From: Myxococcota bacterium
GTDB lineage: Bacteria; Myxococcota_A; UBA796; UBA2385
Direction of reading: 5' to 3'
Assembly: GCA_044344255.1 (NCBI GenBank)
Contig: JBIJDH010000024.1
Location: 1-64,000, forward strand
Length of the DNA stretch: 64,000 bases
A program made the translations under genes and the position numbers. The notes beneath the pieces were generated by a model. That model was not told where the DNA came from, ran no database searches, and saw only the letters and a list, made by a program, of their open reading frames with translations. Shown here one piece after another: positions 61,550 to 64,000 of this stretch (positions within the stretch are counted from its first letter, which is position 1; every line of letters starts with the position of its first letter).

Positions 61550-64000
61550 ATGCGCACCTGTCCCCCGCTGTGCTCCGCCCCCTCGACCACCGCCCGGGTC
61601 GGCGGCCCGGCGCCCTCCCTCACCGGCTCCCTTGTCCTCATCGGGCTGCTCGGGCTCAGCGCCTGCGGGAGCGGCAAGGCCTCCCTCGGCGGCGGGGACG
61701 ACGGGGTAGACGGGGCCGACGGGACAGACGGGGCCGACGGGGCCGACGGGGCCGACGGCGGAGACGACACCGACCCCCTGCCGCCGCCGGCCTGCGGCCT
61801 CACCTGGACGGTCGCCGGCGGGGACGCGGCGCGCGGCGTCTACCTGCCGCTCGACACCGACGCCCTCGACGAGGCCGCCTGGGCCACCGAGCGCCTCCGC
61901 CTGCGGCCGATCACCCTCTCCGGCGCCGCCGACGAGGTCGGGCTCACGGTCACCGGCGAGGGCGCGCTCCTGCTCTTCGCCGCCGACGGCAGCGCCCGCT
62001 CGCTTGAGGCCCCGCTCACCGCGGCCGAGCTCCCCGCCACCCTGTATGTGCAGGGCGCGGTGGGCGGAGCGGTCGCGCTCACCGCCACGGGGAGCGCCGG
62101 CGGCCTGGACTGTGACCTCCCCGCCAGCCTCTCCCTCGACGTCGGCGCGCCCACCGGCCTCGGCGGCCGCAGCCTCAGCGTCGCCCCCGGCTTCGAATTC
62201 GTGCGCAGCGTGCAGGACGGCGACGCGCTCGAGGTGGCGCTCGACCCCAACCGCCACACCGACCGGGTCGGCCAGCCCTTTGACCTCTACCTCGTCCCGC
62301 ACAAGAGCCCCGCCGACTGGGCCACAGACCCGAGCCTGACGGGCCTCGTCGGGACCGAGACCCTCGCCGAGGGGGCCCTCGGGATCTGGACCGTCGGGGA
62401 AGACCTCGCTGTCCCCTCGGGCGCGCTCTACGTCGCCTACGACCTCGTGCTCGACTTCGGCCAGGACGGGCAGCTCGACCCCGGCGACATCGCCGCTGGC
62501 CCTGGGCGTGAAGAGGCCGGCGCCTACGTCGTCGCCGACCTCACCACGAAGGGCCCCCACGCCGTCACCACCGTCGAGTACTCGGGCGGCCGCTGGCTCG
62601 GCCAGCGCACCTACTTTCCCACGGACATCGCGGCCTTCGAGGAGGCCCGCCCCCTCGTCGTGGTGAGCCACGGAAACGGGCACAGCTACACCTGGTACGA
62701 CTACCTGGGGGAGCAGCTCGCCTCCTGGGGCTACGTCGTGATGTCGCACGAGAACAACACCGGTCCCGGCATCGAGAGCGCGTCCGAGACCACGCTCACC
62801 AACACCGACTACCTGCTCTCGCACCTCGACAGCATCGGCGATGGCGCGCTCGAGGGGCACATCGACAGCCACCGCATCGTCTGGATCGGCCACTCCCGGG
62901 GTGGAGAGGGCGTGGCGCGCGCGGCCGACAAGCTCTTCACCGGCAGCTTCGTCCCGGATGAATACACCTACGAAGACATCGTGCTCATCAGCTCGATCGC
63001 CCCCACGGTCTTCCTGGGCACGGGTCACTCGACCCCCCATGACCGGCCCTACCACCTCATCGCGGGCGCGTCGGACGGCGACGTGACCGGCGGCGCAGAC
63101 TGTGAGATCTGCCAGTTCCTCCGCATCCCGGAGGCCGCCGAGGCCGAGGTCGCCGTGACCTACGTGGAGGGGGCCAGCCACAACGACTTCAACTGCTGCG
63201 GCTTCGACGACGGCACCGGCCCCGACCTCATCGGGCGCGCGGCCGCTCAGCAGGTGGCCAAGGCGGCCTGGATGGCGCTCCTCACCTGGCGGGTGGAGGG
63301 CGACCCCGCCACCCGCGACTTCGTCGAGCGCCCCTACGAGAGCTTCCACTCCATCGGCATCCCCGACACGGTGATCGTCGCCAGCCAGTGGAGCGACCCC
63401 GGCCTCGATCGGCTCGTGCTCGACGACTTCGAGTCGAGCCCGGAGCTCACCCTCTCCTCGAGCGGCGGCGCGGTCAGCGCCACGGTCACGAACCTCGTCG
63501 AGGGCCGCCTCGACGACGGCAACAGCAGCTTCGTCTGGGACGACTCCGATCCCATGAACGGGATGACCCTGTCCACCTCGGCCTCGGAGGCGACCTCGGG
63601 GGCCCTCTTCGACTGGACCGAGGAGGGCAGCTATACGATCGAGGTCCCGGCGGGCGAGGGCGACTGGCTGGCGAAGCGCTGGCTCTCCGTCCGGGCCTGT
63701 CAGCAGAGCCAGCACCCGAACACCGAAGACCTCGACGGTGGCCTGTCCTTCAGCGTCACGCTGGTGGACGGGGCCGGCGTCGAGGCCAGCCTGCCGATCG
63801 CCCCGCTCAGCCGCCTCCCTGCCCCTTACGCCCGCTCCAGCGGCTGGGGGGCCGGCTCGACCGGCTGGGCCAATGAGTGGCAGACCCTCCGCCTGCGCCT
63901 CGCCGACTTCGAGGCGGGCGGCACCGGCATCGACCTCCAAGACATCGCCCTGCTGCGCTTCGACTTCGGCGGGGAGGCGGGAGACGCCCCGGGCCGCATC
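61550..64000 (+). CDS. Large lipoprotein with an alpha/beta-hydrolase domain (partial, runs off the window)
   Basis: Absent from the ORF track because there is no stop in the window. Lipobox LSAC, (DGA)n linker, PLVVVSHGNG, LASWGYVV, nucleophile GHSRGG, DGDV, GASHNDF. Confidence 0.8.
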   Translation, partial: MRTCPPLCSAPSTTARVGGPAPSLTGSLVLIGLLGLSACGSGKASLGGGDDGVDGADGTDGADGADGADGGDDTDPLPPPACGLTWTVAGGDAARGVYLPLDTDALDEAAWATERLRLRPITLSGAADEVGLTVTGEGALLLFAADGSARSLEAPLTAAELPATLYVQGAVGGAVALTATGSAGGLDCDLPASLSLDVGAPTGLGGRSLSVAPGFEFVRSVQDGDALEVALDPNRHTDRVGQPFDLYLVPHKSPADWATDPSLTGLVGTETLAEGALGIWTVGEDLAVPSGALYVAYDLVLDFGQDGQLDPGDIAAGPGREEAGAYVVADLTTKGPHAVTTVEYSGGRWLGQRTYFPTDIAAFEEARPLVVVSHGNGHSYTWYDYLGEQLASWGYVVMSHENNTGPGIESASETTLTNTDYLLSHLDSIGDGALEGHIDSHRIVWIGHSRGGEGVARAADKLFTGSFVPDEYTYEDIVLISSIAPTVFLGTGHSTPHDRPYHLIAGASDGDVTGGADCEICQFLRIPEAAEAEVAVTYVEGASHNDFNCCGFDDGTGPDLIGRAAAQQVAKAAWMALLTWRVEGDPATRDFVERPYESFHSIGIPDTVIVASQWSDPGLDRLVLDDFESSPELTLSSSGGAVSATVTNLVEGRLDDGNSSFVWDDSDPMNGMTLSTSASEATSGALFDWTEEGSYTIEVPAGEGDWLAKRWLSVRACQQSQHPNTEDLDGGLSFSVTLVDGAGVEASLPIAPLSRLPAPYARSSGWGAGSTGWANEWQTLRLRLADFEAGGTGIDLQDIALLRFDFGGEAGDAPGRI

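Noticed and set aside
60452..63940. 1162-aa minus-strand ORF
   Set aside because: Shadow of the M28 peptidase and hydrolase genes on the plus strand.

Overview
High-GC bacterial DNA. The gene repertoire (acidic Cys-rich repeat lipoproteins, FG-GAP, vWA and RCC1-type lipoproteins, a CarH-type regulator) suggests Myxococcota, which is an inference. In order, the window holds: the left end of an ISAs1-family IS; a XylR/V4R sigma-54 activator; an apparently orphan MvdD-like ATP-grasp ligase divergent from a B12 radical SAM gene; a DTW tRNA-modification gene; a HlyD + C39-peptidase ABC + second ABC cassette flanked by Asp/Cys-rich repeat lipoproteins; cysS; a three-gene NAD-linked formate dehydrogenase whose catalytic subunit has an in-frame UGA (selenocysteine) with a SECIS hairpin and whose proximal Fe-S domain sits on another gene; a divergent carotenoid cluster (crtL-E-I-B-carH-crtZ / crtC-GT2-acyltransferase-crtD) with a dyad operator; MoxR-DUF58; and a coupled P-loop ATPase + TPR pair preceded by three palindromes at 16-bp period. 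That pair is the best candidate for an undescribed system, possibly in conflict or defence. Short tandem repeats recur in promoters and at gene ends. No rRNA, tRNA or CRISPR array was seen. All family calls come from motif recognition, not database searches.
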